Below, piece by piece: positions 63,390 to 64,000 of a DNA stretch of 64,000 nucleotides. Source of the DNA: an uncultured Bacteroidota bacterium. GTDB taxonomy: Bacteria; Bacteroidota; Ignavibacteria; Kryptoniales; JAKASW01. Both the position numbers and the translations under genes were made by a program. Location: contig CAZRXH010000001.1 in the NCBI GenBank assembly GCA_964603995.1, positions 1,975-65,974 of the forward strand. Reading direction: 5' to 3'. The notes under the pieces were generated by a model. The model was not told the DNA's origin. It searched no databases and saw only the letters and a program-made list of their open reading frames with translations. Within the stretch, counting starts at the first letter, position 1, and each line of letters opens with the position of its first letter.

Positions 63390-63776
63390 TTATTTGTTAA
63401 TTAAAACAGCACTGTCGATGTTCGTGAAAACATTCTGGTTCAGATTCTCGCCGTCAACTGCAGTTACGACAGTGCGATTCTTTACGTTGACGACAAAAGC
63501 CACATTCTTCATAATGACAAGCGAATCGCGTGAACCCTTCTGGCTCGCCTGGTCCACCGCGTCAGAGATCTGCTTCACGTCCTCGTTAGAAAGCTGAATG
63601 TTCCTGGACTCAAGACGGGTCTGCGCGTGACGGGAAAACTTCAAGCCATCCAGTTCCCCTCTGAGAACTTCTTCGAAGGATTTTCCCTGCGGTGTCTTGA
63701 GCTGGGGAGTACTCCTTAACCCGTCGACTCCGCCTATCGGCACAAATGGGATCTTCACGCCGTCGACTTCGCTCAT
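63390..63776 (-). CDS. flagellar operon protein (TIGR02530-like, between flgD and flgE)
   Basis: FSRHAQTRLESRNIQLSNEDVKQI...VAFVVNVKNRTVVTAVDGENLNQNVFTNIDSAVLI resembles the small protein found at this position in Firmicutes and spirochaetes (from memory). Confidence 0.75.
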   Translation of the reverse strand: MSEVDGVKIPFVPIGGVDGLRSTPQLKTPQGKSFEEVLRGELDGLKFSRHAQTRLESRNIQLSNEDVKQISDAVDQASQKGSRDSLVIMKNVAFVVNVKNRTVVTAVDGENLNQNVFTNIDSAVLINK

Positions 63777-63778
63777 CT

Positions 63779-64000
63779 TCAGTTTCCTACAACTTCCTGT
63801 ACGTCAGAGAAATTGATTTCGGAACCGTTTACCAGCAGGGTCGCACCGCTGGAGCTGTATCTGACTCCCTGCACCACACCGAGAACAAACGGTGTAGATG
63901 TGACCGCGTTGCCGCTGGAATCGGTTGCGCTTACCTGGAATGTGTAATTGCCCGTCGAGACCGCGTTACCGGAGTCATCTTTGCCGTCCCAGGTGAGGTC
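63779..64000 (-). CDS. flgD: flagellar hook capping protein FlgD, C-terminal part (5' end outside window)
   Basis: My own translation of the minus strand gives DLTWDGKDDSGNAVSTGNYTFQVSATDSSGNAVTSTPFVLGVVQGVRYSSSGATLLVNGSEINFSDVQEVVGN*, with the stop at 63779-63781. It is not in the ORF track because no start codon lies in the window. Confidence 0.8.
   Translation of the reverse strand, partial: DLTWDGKDDSGNAVSTGNYTFQVSATDSSGNAVTSTPFVLGVVQGVRYSSSGATLLVNGSEINFSDVQEVVGN

Overview
This is a 64-kb window from a flagellated bacterium. GC looks near 50% by eye, and many genes have strong AGGAGG-type ribosome-binding sites. The lineage cannot be determined from the sequence alone. I recognised no rRNA, tRNA, CRISPR array, transposase or integrase.

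Layout:
- (i) 1-5.4 kb: a minus-strand ECF sigma / anti-sigma / TonB-like / small secreted protein operon, divergent from a LonC-type Lon-like protease.
- (ii) 5.4-9.98 kb: an accessory islet poor in long CDSs. It holds a 7 x 21-bp tandem repeat that reads as a Cys-heptad mini-ORF, a family of GC hairpin repeats, a frameshifted vapC with a DUF2281-type antitoxin, an alpha/beta hydrolase bracketed by 57-bp repeats, yefM-yoeB, and a three-copy TAAGG-rich ~70-bp repeat.
- (iii) 10-19 kb: a GH2 enzyme with discoidin domains, a DEAD-box helicase, a membrane sensor with a Cys-rich C-terminal module, a GHL10-type hydrolase and rnc.
- (iv) 19.3-26.3 kb: yceD-rpmF-plsX-fabH-fabD-(Cys-rich ORF)-fabG-acpP-fabF on the minus strand.
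- (v) 26.5-33.6 kb: a second ECF sigma/anti-sigma pair, a disrupted GT39/ArnT-like gene, a CPA2 antiporter, btpA, ackA and hbd.
- (vi) 33.7-64 kb: a ~30-kb minus-strand flagellar super-operon with many overlapping stop/start codons. Gene order is flgD(partial)-flagellar operon protein-flgE-flbD-fliLMNOPQR-flhBAFG-small membrane ORF-fliA-HDOD/sigma-region-4 fusion-HDOD-GAF kinase-unknown-flgFGAHI-flgJ(SLT)-flgN-flgKL-motAB-fliW-csrA-REC/HPt-REC-GT2/TPR.

The most unusual items are the 21-bp repeat/Cys-heptad ORF next to the Lon-like protease, the HDOD-sigma region 4 fusion coupled to fliA, and the TAAGG-rich repeat cluster.

All functional calls come from my reading of the translated ORFs (motifs, domain order, synteny). 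No database search was run.
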